Source of the DNA: Octopus sinensis
Lineage: Eukaryota
Reading direction: 5' to 3'
DNA: 64,000 nucleotides
Assembly: GCF_006345805.1 (NCBI RefSeq)
Contig: NC_042998.1
Coordinates: 206,336,001-206,400,000, forward strand
Below, piece by piece: positions 51,100-61,488 of this stretch. Position 1 is the stretch's first letter; each line of letters begins with the position of its first letter. A program made the translations under genes and the position numbers. The notes under the pieces were generated by a model. The model did no database searches, was not told the DNA's origin, and worked only from the letters and a program-made list of their open reading frames with translations.

Positions 51100-52556
51100 A
51101 TCACTTTCCCTGTCAGCACTACAGCATGGGACCAGAGGTAGGACTTGATTATCTGTCTATCTTGGATTCGTAAACCCTTCTCTCCCATTTGTTTCCTCAT
51201 CTTTAGCTCGGATATCAGGTTCCTCCGGCGAATTCTCTCTCTTAGTGAGTATTCCTCGCGAAAACCCATATTGGGTTCCTCCCAGGCATGCGTCTGAGCT
51301 CTGTTCAGAAAGACTGAAGCCTCCCGATCAGAAGAAAAGATTACCCTTATTGGGCGTGGTCTAGTATCTGCGGTTGGGTTCGCTTGGAATCTTCCTAGCC
51401 GAGCGACCTTAAGAACACTGACATTTTCGTTCACAGAGAACAATTTTCCAACCAAAATGGAAACAAAATTAATGTCATCTTTTAGGCGGTTTATGCCTGT
51501 ATCACAGGTGGATTCCGCTTTGCCATATATTATTGCCGATCTTGAGTGGGCAAAAAGTTCTCTACTATGAGCTGCGGTATTCGATTCTTCGTTGGAGGAT
51601 TTCGAAAGAGTGGTTTCATAGCCATCGGACTTATGTCGGCCTGTGGGGTCGATCGGAATGGATTTAGTGGTCATAATTTTCCCGCCTGGTTTGGAACTGC
51701 ACTGCCTCTTCTTCGGTTTGGGGGAGCACCACTCCCCAGATGAACCCACATCGAGATCGTTCAGAATTGGTTGAGCAATGGCATTAATGGGAAGGACAAG
51801 TGAAGGAGAATCCAAACAGATTTTATCGTGATCAGGTTTCATAGCCAAATCTGCCCCTCTGGAGTTTTGACTACGTTTCTTCTTTTGGGGAGAACAACGG
51901 TCTTCAGGTGGGTTTGAGTCTACGCTCCTCGAACTAGGTTGGGGAACCTCCGGGACCGAAAAGGCAGATGAGGAAGAATCCGCACAGGAACGATCATGTG
52001 CAGGAACGACCGCCGGTTCCTTCGCCTTCTTTGGTCGCTTCGATTTTGTTCCCTTCGGTTTGGACGTCTCCAGGGAAGAAATCAAGGGTGACTCTGCGTC
52101 AACAGGAGACCATTTATCGTGGTCAGGTTTCATAGCTAAATCCACCCCACTGGAGTTTTGACGACGTTTCTTCATTTGGGGAGAACAACGGTCTTCAGGT
52201 GGGTTTGAGTCTACGCTCCTCAAATTAGGTTGGGGAACCTCCGGGACCGAAAAGGCAGATGAGGAAGAATCCGCACGGGAACGATCATGTGCAGAAACGA
52301 CTGCCGGTTCCTTCTCCTTCTTTGGCCGCCTCGATTTTGTTCTCTTCGGTTTGGACGTCTCCAGGGAAGAAATCAAGGGTGACTCTGCGTCAACAGGAGA
52401 CTGTTTATTCAGTAAGAGAGCAACAACAGACTTTAGGTGCTCAACCTCTTGTTTGAGCAACAGCAACTGTTCGTTGAGCTGACTGTTGGTAGGACCATCA
52501 TCTTGATGAGAAGCCCTACTTGCAGATCTCAGTTTCGATGCGTAGGTAGCTGACAT
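51096..52556 (-). CDS. LINE ORF1 (putative nucleic-acid chaperone), 486 aa
   Basis: ATG-initiated ORF directly upstream of ORF2; N-terminal heptad-like segment (LNEQLLLLKQEVEHLKSVV); C-terminal region RSAIIYG...VARLG...RPRPIRVIF...LISELKMRK..GEKGLRI typical of CR1/L2-type ORF1; internal 97-aa duplication. Confidence 0.88.
   Translation of the reverse strand: MSATYASKLRSASRASHQDDGPTNSQLNEQLLLLKQEVEHLKSVVALLLNKQSPVDAESPLISSLETSKPKRTKSRRPKKEKEPAVVSAHDRSRADSSSSAFSVPEVPQPNLRSVDSNPPEDRCSPQMKKRRQNSSGVDLAMKPDHDKWSPVDAESPLISSLETSKPKGTKSKRPKKAKEPAVVPAHDRSCADSSSSAFSVPEVPQPSSRSVDSNPPEDRCSPQKKKRSQNSRGADLAMKPDHDKICLDSPSLVLPINAIAQPILNDLDVGSSGEWCSPKPKKRQCSSKPGGKIMTTKSIPIDPTGRHKSDGYETTLSKSSNEESNTAAHSRELFAHSRSAIIYGKAESTCDTGINRLKDDINFVSILVGKLFSVNENVSVLKVARLGRFQANPTADTRPRPIRVIFSSDREASVFLNRAQTHAWEEPNMGFREEYSLRERIRRRNLISELKMRKQMGEKGLRIQDRQIIKSYLWSHAVVLTGKVM
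51820..52401 (-). repeat. 291-bp in-frame tandem duplication inside ORF1 (2 copies)
   Basis: SPVDAESPLISSLETSKPK...DLAMKPDHDK occurs twice; matching nucleotides are offset by exactly 291 (52101 vs 52392; 51825 vs 52116). Confidence 0.97.
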
Positions 52557-53491
52557 GATGGATGGTTGACTAAAAACAATCCTCTATGGGCTCTAGGACA
52601 AATCGGGGTTAAATCAGGAACAAAAACAGGTGCAATCCTTGTAGGAGTAGGCAACAGCAGACTAAAACTGAGAGAGTTTGGGCTGAGCCGAATCACAATC
52701 CAAGATTGAAAGCAGACGGTGCAACGAGTCGGGAACCCTTCCTAATTGTCTGAAGCAGCTTTAGGATAAGGGATAGTATGTCCAAACTTTAGAATATTGA
52801 TATGCATGTAACATGTTCCACTCGATTAAATATCATTTGACGTGCCATTTAGTACTTCAATAATTGCATCTGCGCATGTGTGAATACTGTGTTTATGTGC
52901 GAGAAGGCACATGTTTTTGTCTATTGTTAAATTAGATTATTAATTTTTCTTTTTTATTCTCACGTTTTTCCCTTTTAAAGTATTTCTTTTTAAAGTAAAT
53001 TATACGTTGGGGGGAGGGCTGGGGGTTTGTTTTTATAGTAAATTCTCTTTTCTCCCAGCACAGAGAAAGAAAGGGATTTTTCGTTGGTGCCACCGGTATA
53101 CTTCAGACCCGGAGAAAGATATTTCGGTTTCATCGTCAACTTGAATGTTTCTAATTGTAGCGATAGTAGTAACTGCAGTAAATTCTGATAGCAGCAGTAG
53201 TAAATAGCTCATGAAGTGAGATGAAGAACGGTCGGTCAAATAGAGTTCAAATTGACCGCAACAGTGTTGATGGAACTTGTGAAACAGTGACCTTGACTTT
53301 GAGAAAAATCAAAGGAGGGGCCGACTATAAGCAGTACTTGTGAATAGAGTCATGTACGAGCAGAGCAAAACTATAAATAGTATTTTTCTTTTCTTTTTCT
53401 TTTTTTTTCTTCTTATTCTCCGCGTGTTTAATAATGCAATTGCAATAAAAGGTATGTCAAGAAGAAGATAAGGTTAGCTGGTGTTTACGTC

Positions 53492-53549
53492 CATACTTTT
53501 AGCGTGCATTTAATTGTGGTGTCATACTTTTAGCGTGCATTTAATTGTG
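53492..53549. repeat. 27-bp direct repeat, period 31
   Basis: CATACTTTTAGCGTGCATTTAATTGTG at 53492 and 53523. Confidence 0.95.
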
Positions 53550-53739
53550 TTGTTACAATAAAGGCATTTTACATAATCTGATACTCAAGGAAGAGGTGAC
53601 GGCAAAATGTTCACACAAAAATGGAGATATTTATGATTCTAAAATTTTTGTCCCAAACTGTAGGTTTGGAATTCTTTAACTTATTTTGAGGGAAATTCAA
53701 ATTACTCACAGAAAGTAGTAGTATATATGTATATTATTT

Positions 53740-53935
53740 GTTTCAGTCATTTGACAGCAGCCATGCTGGAGCACCACCTTAAGTTGAACAAATCAACCCC
53801 AAGACTTATTCTTTGTAAGCCTACTACTTAATCTATCAGTCTCTTTTGCCGAACTGCTAAATTATGGGACGTGAACACACCAACGTTGGTTGTCAAGTGA
53901 CGGTGGGCGTACAAGCACAGATACAAACACACGCA

Positions 53936-53969
<34 letters not shown>

Positions 53970-54005
53970 TGATGGGCTTCATTCAGTTTCCATCTACCAA
54001 ATCCA
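53740..54005 (-). mobile_element. SINE family A, 3' part
   Basis: Similarity to family A; interrupted by a family B fragment. Confidence 0.78.
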
Positions 54006-54544
54006 CATTTCGGTTGGTGCTTTTTACGACCACCAGCACGAGAGCCAGTCAGTGTTTATTGACATTGGCCATGTTCAGATGGTGCTTTTTATGTGCCCCT
54101 GGCATGGGAGCCAGTCAGGCGGGCCTGGCATCGATTGCATTCAGATCATGCTTTTTACGTGCCACTGGCACAGGAGCCCGTGAGGGGGCACTGGCCACAG
54201 CTACAATATTGGTTTTACTTGACTCAACAGGTCTTCTCAAGCATATCATATTGCACGGCGCATCAGGGGTACTCTTAACTGGGCTGGACATGTGTGTTCC
54301 CCTATCATTAAGATGGTACTTTCATGGCAGTGGATTAGCAGAATCAGTAGAGCATTACACAAAATGTCTTGTGGCCTTTCTTTTAATCCTGAGTACACAT
54401 TCATGCTGGGGTCAGCTTTTCTTTCCATGAGTTTAGAGTCAATAAAATAAAGAACCAGTTAAGTACTGGACTGATTTAACTGACTAAGCCATCGCCACCA
54501 AATTCTTGTCCAATGTTCTTCAGTTAAACCATCATAATCATCAC

Positions 54545-57500
54545 TTAACCTTTTTGATACTGACCTGGCTGAAACTGCCTCTGGCTCTGAGTACAAATGT
54601 CTTGTTTTCAAAAGTTCTGAATTAAAATCTTCCACCAAACCTTAGTCACAATTTATGTTCCTAATACTAGCTGAATGATAACTAAGTTATTTTACTAAAT
54701 TCTTTGTTATATTTGAAATTAATTGAAAGAAACACAGAGCATCTCAACAGAAATATGGTAACAAAAGGGTTAAAATATATAATAGAGAAACAATTCTTAA
54801 CCCTTTTGATACCAACCCGGCTGAAACAGGCTCTGGCTCTGAGTACAAAGTCTTGTTTTCATAAGTTTTGAATTAAAATCTTCCACCAAACCTTAGTCAC
54901 AATTTATGTTCCTAACACTAGCTGAATGATAACTAAGTTATTTTACTAATTCTTTGTTATATTTAAAATAATTGAAAGAAACACAGAGCATCTCAACAGA
55001 AATATGGTAACAAAAGGGTTAAAATATATAATAGAGAAACAATTCTTAACCCTTTTGATACCAACCCGGCTGAAACAGGCTCTGGCTCTGAGTACAAAGT
55101 CTTGTTTTCATAAGTTTTGAATTAAAATCTTCCACCAAACCTTAGTCACAATTTATGTTCCTAACACTAGCTGAATGATAACTAAGTTATTTTACTAAAT
55201 TCTTTGTTATATTTAAAATTAATTGAAAGAAACACAGAGCATCTCAACAGAAATATGGTAACAAAAGGTTAAAATATATAATAGAGAAACAATTCTTAAC
55301 CCTTTTGATACCAACCCGGCTGAAACAGGCTCTGGCTCTGAGTACAAAGTCTTGTTTTCATAAGTTTTGAATTAAAATCTTCCACCAAACCTTAGTCACA
55401 ATTTATGTTCCTAACACTAGCTGAATGATAACTAAGTTATTTTACTAAATTCTTTGTTATATTTAAAATAATTGAAAGAAACACAGAGCATCTCAACAGA
55501 AATATGGTAACAAAAGGGTTAAAATATATAATAGAGAAACAATTCTTAACCCTTTTGATACCAACCCGGCTGAAACAGGCTCTGGCTCTGAGTACAAAGT
55601 CTTGTTTTCATAAGTTTTGAATTAAAATCTTCCACCAAACCTTAGTCACAATTTATGTTCCTAACACTAGCTGAATGATAACTAAGTTATTTTACTAAAT
55701 TCTTTGTTATATTTAAAATTAATTGAAAGAAACAGAGCATCTCAACAGAAATATGGTAACAAAAGGGTTAAAAATATAATAGAGAAACAATTCTTAACCC
55801 TTTTGATACCAACCGGCTGAAACAGGCTCTGGCTCTGAGTACAAAGTCTTGTTTTCATAAGTTTTGAATTAAAATCTTCCACCAAACCTTAGTCACAATT
55901 TATGTTCCTAACACTAGCTGAATGATAACTAAGTTATTTTACTAAATTCTTTGTTATATTTAAAATTAATTGAAAGAAACACAGAGCATCTCAACAGAAA
56001 TATGGTAACAAAAGGGTTAAAATATATAATAGAGAAACAATTCTTAACCCTTTTGATACCAACCCGGCTGAAACAGGCTCTGGCTCTGAGTACAAAGTCT
56101 TGTTTTCATAAGTTTTGAATTAAAATCTTCCACCAAACCTTAGTCACAATTTATGTTCCTAACACTAGCTGAATGATAACTAAGTTATTTTACTAAATTC
56201 TTTGTTATATTTGAAATTAATTGAAAGAAACAGAGAGCATCTCAACAGAAATATGGTAACAAAAGGGTTAAAATATATAATAGAGAAACAATTCTTAACC
56301 CTTTTGATACCAACCCGGCTGAAACAGGCTCTGGCTCTGAGTACAAAGTCTTGTTTTCATAAGTTTTGAATTAAAATCTTCCACCAAACCTTAGTCACAA
56401 TTTATGTTCCTAACACTAGCTGAATGATAACTAAGTTATTTTACTAAATTCTTTGTTATATTTGAAATTAATTGAAAGAAACAGAGAGCATCTCAACAGA
56501 AATATGGTAACAAAAGGGTTAAAATATATAATAGAGAAACAATTCTTAACCCTTTTGATACCAACCGGCTGAAACAGGCTCTGGCTCTGAGTACAAAGTC
56601 TTGTTTTCATAAGTTTTGAATTAAAATCTTCCACCAAACCTTAGTCACAATTTATGTTCCTAACACTAGCTGAATGATAACTAAGTTATTTTACTAAATT
56701 CTTTGTTATATTTAAAATTAATTGAAAGAAACACAGAGCATCTCAACAGAAATATGGTAACAAAAGGTTAAAATATATAATAGAGAAACAATTCTTAACC
56801 CTTTTGATACCAACCCGGCTGAAACAGGCTCTGGCTCTGAGTACAAAGTCTTGTTTTCATAAGTTTTGAATTAAAATCTTCCACCAAACCTTAGTCACAA
56901 TTTATGTTCCTAACACTAGCTGAATGATAACTAAGTTATTTTACTAAATTCTTTGTTATATTTAAAATAATTGAAAGAAACAGAGAGCATCTCAACAGAA
57001 ATATGGTAACAAAAGGTTAAAATATATAATAGAGAAACAATTCTTAACCCTTTTGATACCAACCCGGCTGAAACAGGCTCTGGCTCTGAGTACAAAGTCT
57101 TGTTTTCATAAGTTTTGAATTAAAATCTTCCACCAAACCTTAGTCACAATTTATGTTCCTAACACTAGCTGAATGATAACTAAGTTATTTTACTAAATTC
57201 TTTGTTATATTTGAAATTAATTGAAAGAAACAGAGAGCATCTCAACAGAAATATGGTAACAAAAGGGTTAAAATATATAATAGAGAAACAATTCTTAACC
57301 CTTTTGATACCAACCCGGCTGAAACAGGCTCTGGCTCTGAGTACAAAGTCTTGTTTTCATAAGTTTTGAATTAAAATCTTCCACCAAACCTTAGTCACAA
57401 TTTATGTTCCTAACACTAGCTGAATGATAACTAAGTTATTTTACTAAATTCTTTGTTATATTTAAAATTAATTGAAAGAAACACAGAGCATCTCAACAGA

Positions 57501-58777
57501 AATATGGTAACAAAAGGGTTAAAATATATAATAGAGAAACAATTCTTAACCCTTTTGATACCAACCCGGCTGAAACAGGCTCTGGCTCTGAGTACAAAGT
57601 CTTGTTTTCATAAGTTTTGAATTAAAATCTTCCACCAAACCTTAGTCACAATTTATGTTCCTAACACTAGCTGAATGATAACTAAGTTATTTTACTAAAT
57701 TCTTTGTTATATTTAAAATTAATTGAAAGAAACAGAGAGCATCTCAACAGAAATACGGTAGCAAAAGGGTTAAAATATATAATAGAGAAACAATTCTTAA
57801 CCCTTTTGATACCAACCCGGCTGAAACAGGCTCTGGCTCTGAGTACAAAGTCTTGTTTTCATAAGTTTTGAATTAAAATCTTCCACCAAACCTTAGTCAC
57901 AATTTATGTTCCTAACACCAGCTTAATGATAACTAAGTTATTTTACTAAATTCTTTGTTATATTTGAAATTAATTGAAAGAAACACAGAGCATCTCAACA
58001 GAAATATGGTAACAAAAGGGTTAAAATATATAATAGAGAAACAATTCTTAACCCTTTTGATACCAACCCGGCTGAAACAGGCTCTGGCTCTGAGTACAAA
58101 GTCTTGTTTTCATAAGTTTTGAATTAAAATCTTCCACCAAACCTTAGTCACAATTTATGTTCCTAACACTAGCTGAATGATAACTAAGTTATTTTACTAA
58201 ATTCTTTGTTATATTTAAAATTAATTGAAAGAAACAGAGAGCATCTCAACAGAAATACGGTAGCAAAAGGGTTAAAATATATAATAGAGAAACAATTCTT
58301 AACCCTTTTGATACCAACCCGGCTGAAACAGGCTCTGGCTCTGAGTACAAAGTCTTGTTTTCATAAGTTTTGAATTAAAATCTTCCACCAAACCTTAGTC
58401 ACAATTTATGTTCCTAACACTAGCTGAATGATAACTAAGTTATTTTACTAAATTCTTTGTTATATTTGAAATTAATTGAAAGAAACAGAGAGCATCTCAA
58501 CAGAAATATGGTAACAAAAGGGTTAAAATATATAATAGAGAAACAATTCTTAACCCTTTTGATACCAACCCGGCTGAAACAGGCTCTGGCTCTGAGTACA
58601 AAGTCTTGTTTTCATAAGTTTTGAATTAAAATCTTCCACCAAACCTTAGTCACAATTTATGTTCCTAACACTAGCTGAATGATAACTAAGTTATTTTACT
58701 AAATTCTTTGTTATATTTGAAATTAATTGAAAGAAACACTGAGCATCTCAACAGAAATATGGTAACAAAAGGGTTAA
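54545..58777. repeat. Tandem array of 17 piggyBac-type MITEs (about 220 bp) joined by TTAA-23 bp-TTAA spacers; period about 251 bp
   Basis: Unit starts at 54549, 54801, 55050, 55300, 55550, 55798, 56048, 56299, 56550, 56799, 57048, 57299, 57550, 57801, 58052, 58303, 58554. Each unit is TTAA-CCCTTTTGATACC...GGTAACAAAAGGG-TTAA (terminal inverted repeats). Confidence 0.95.
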
Positions 58778-59117
58778 TGTCCATGCTGGGACGGGTAGCA
58801 CAGTTTGACAGGAGCTGCACCAGGTTCCAGTTGTCTGTTTTGACATGGTTTCTATGGCTGGATGCCCTTCCTAATGCCAACCATTTTACACAGAGTACTG
58901 AATGCTTTTTGTGTGGTTCTAGCACCCACAGGGTCACCAAGTACCTTGTAAGACAAGAACCTCTCAACTGGGAGTGGGTGAGTAGTATTTAGGGGAAGTG
59001 GCTTTGTGCCAGTTGAGAAATTTAAGGTATAGAAGGGACAGTCTTGTAGAAGAGATACATGGATGCTCCAGTTGGAAAGGAAAAGAAAGTGATACAGTTT
59101 TACGCCAGATGCCCACA

Positions 59118-59355
59118 GGCATATGGCATAGTGATTAAGAGCATGGGCTACTCACCCCAAGATTCTGAGTTCGATTCCAGGCAGTGACCTGAATGACGCC
59201 GCCGCTGCTGATAACATAAAAAAATACCTTAGGAATGAGAGCCCAAGTTCGAAATTTCCCCAAGACACCTGATGAAGGCTGGAGGGTATATCAGCCGAAA
59301 CGTTGTCTTAACAACAAACAAGTTGAAGATAAATATCCATCAAATGTAAATAATG
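59118..59355 (+). mobile_element. SINE family D: tRNA-derived head + Penelope-derived hammerhead tail
   Basis: A-box-like TGGCATAGTGA, B-box-like GAGTTCGATTCC, simple-repeat linker, then about 120 bp matching 61999-62118. Confidence 0.85.
59264..59309 (+). ncRNA. Minimal type-I hammerhead ribozyme motif in SINE D
   Basis: GACAC-CTGATGA-A-GGCTG(gagggtatat)CAGCC-GAA-ACGT-T-GTCTT; core intact, one mismatch in stem I. Confidence 0.75.
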
Positions 59356-59447
59356 AAAAGAAAGTGAGTTGGAGAGTAAGATAAAGAGAGAGAGAGCAAG
59401 AGAGAGAGAGAGTAGATGGTGAAGAAGTAATAAAAACATTATTGCTT

Positions 59448-59513
59448 GGTGCCTTTGTCTGTCCTTGTTTGTCCCCTTTATGTTCAGCCCCTTGTGGGTA
59501 ATAAAGAAATAAG
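59448..59513 (+). mobile_element. 5'-truncated SINE family C with 14-bp TSD
   Basis: TSD AAACATTATTGCTT at 59434-59447 and 59514-59527. Confidence 0.85.
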
Positions 59514-60504
59514 AAACATTATTGCTTAGTCTTACGATAGGAGGTTGATACTGAAATCCAAACAGCTTAAAGCAGACAGATTTTTATCACAACTAGGCAG
59601 GGTCTGGGGCCAGTTGACATTAAAAGGGGTTAACTCCAAAGGCACAGTTATTGTGCCTCGGTAGAGAGGAATTACAAAATTGGTTCAGAAATCCAAAGCA
59701 GTGGAGTCAGCATAAAGTCTCTTAACCAATTCTCTGCTGTTGCTTGGATCTATCTGTCATGTTTAGAAATAAAACTGTATAGAATAAAGTGTTTTTCCGA
59801 TTCTTCTGAGATTAGCGCCGTTGCACTTTTATTCTCCTGTTGTCTGCCATTCCTCAAAGCTTAGTGTATCTGTTAAAACATGTCTGTCTAGAGATATCGT
59901 CAGCATTATTATGAGATGTCTGTCTGTGTGTCTGCTGCCGTTAGCAGGTGAATTATTCTAATGAGAACTTAACAACAATGACACATGGAAATAAATAACG
60001 AACGGAGGAAACCAATGAAAATAGGAAGAAATGATAACGAAGCACAAGAGAAAACGATGATAAATGAAAAGAAAAATTGAAGAAAATATTTGAGAAAGAG
60101 AAAATGATTTGGTGAAAGAAAGAAGAAAAAATTATGAATGAATGAATGAAAAATGAAAAGAAGAAAAATAAAGTAAAAAATGTCGTAAAAAACTTAGAAA
60201 TGATTTGAAGGAAAAGAGAGAATGCGGAAGAAAAAATAAAGAAACAAAAAACTTGAATGAAAGAATGGTTGTATGGTTAAGAAGGTTGTTTTTCAACTTT
60301 GTGGTTTTCGGTTCAGTTTCACTGCACAGCACATTGAGCAAGTGTCTTCTACTTTAGCCCCAGACTAACGAATGCCTTGTGAATAGATTTGGTAAATGGA
60401 AACCATGTGGAAGCCTGTTGTAAGGCTGTGCAGCATTGATAAGCTGCAAATAGATATCTCATTTTTATGATTACTTCTGGGGTAATTTCCTATCACCATT
60501 GAGA

Positions 60505-61310
60505 TTCGTCCGAACGTGGCAGATGCCAGCGCCACCTGACTGGCGTCCGTGTCGGTGACACATAAAAGCACCAACCGATCGTGGCCGTTTGCCAGCCTGC
60601 TCTGGCCCCTGTGCCGGTGGTACGTAAAAAACACCCACTACACTCACTGAGTGGTTGACGTTAGGAAAGGCATCCAGCTGTAGAAACACTGCCAAATCAG
60701 ACTAGAGCCTGGTGCAGCCTCCATGGCTTACCAGACCCTGGTTGAACCGTCCAACCCATGCTAGCATGGACAACGGACATTAAATGATGATGATGACTAT
60801 TGCTCCTCTTTCAGGTGTTGGGCCTCATGGAGGCAACAACCATGACCTTTGGCATTATGTCATGCTTGAGAAGAAAACTCATCAAGCGAAATAAACTCAG
60901 TCATGGTAGATACCGGTGTCACAGAAATGGCACCTGTGCTGGTGGCATGTAAAAGCACACATTACATTCTTGGAGTGGTTGGCATTAGGAAGGGCATCCA
61001 GCCGTAGAAAAACCATACCAAATCAGACTGGAGTCTGGTGCTGCCTCCTAGCTTACCAGTCCTCATCAAACCGTCCAACCTATGCCAACATGGACAACGG
61101 ATGCTAAATGATGATGATGATGATGATGTCTGGTGCCATGTGAAAGCACCCAGTACACTCTCTAAAGTGGTTGGCATTAGGAAGGGCATCCAGCCCAAAA
61201 CAAACAGCTAGAGTCTGCTGCAGTGCTCCAGCCTTGCCAGCTCCACTCAAATGTTCCAACCCATGCTAGCATGGAAAACAGATGTTAAATGATGATGATG
61301 ATGATGATGT
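60505..61310 (+). mobile_element. Cluster of three head-to-tail family B copies
   Basis: (GAT)n tails at about 60783, 61108 and 61290. Confidence 0.82.
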
Positions 61311-61488
61311 CTTTTCTCTGGCATTTGCGCAACATACATTATGCGACACTTGGTAATGTTTACATTATGGAGCAGCTTCTATTGTATAATCTGAATTTAT
61401 ACTACATGCGTGTGTAGTTCTATATTTGAGAGATGAGGAATTTAGTACATTATTATGAAGAGGGGATGAAACCCATAAACTGACTGCA

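Larger units (their letters stand above)
48123..52780 (-). mobile_element. Apparently full-length CR1-group non-LTR retrotransposon (LINE); 5' boundary approximate
   Basis: Two long uninterrupted ORFs; short 3' UTR with a 6-bp stem-loop (CCATGT/ACATGG, 48173-48190); terminal (TAAC)n tail at 48123-48146 abutting a (TA)n microsatellite; visibly more GC-rich than the flanks. No TSD found. Confidence 0.95.

Noticed and set aside
51103-51112. GGGAAAG slippery site at the ORF1/ORF2 junction
   Set aside because: The heptamer is not in the ORF1 reading frame required for canonical -1 frameshifting.
54545-58777. CRISPR-like repeat-spacer array
   Set aside because: Eukaryotic context, 220-bp repeats, identical rather than unique spacers, and no cas genes.
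59118-59190. tRNA genes (here and at other SINE heads)
   Set aside because: Only A/B-box remnants with no complete cloverleaf; each is fused to a SINE body.
60000-60260. Long purine-rich, A-rich stretch
   Set aside because: Low-complexity sequence without periodic unit or coding signal.
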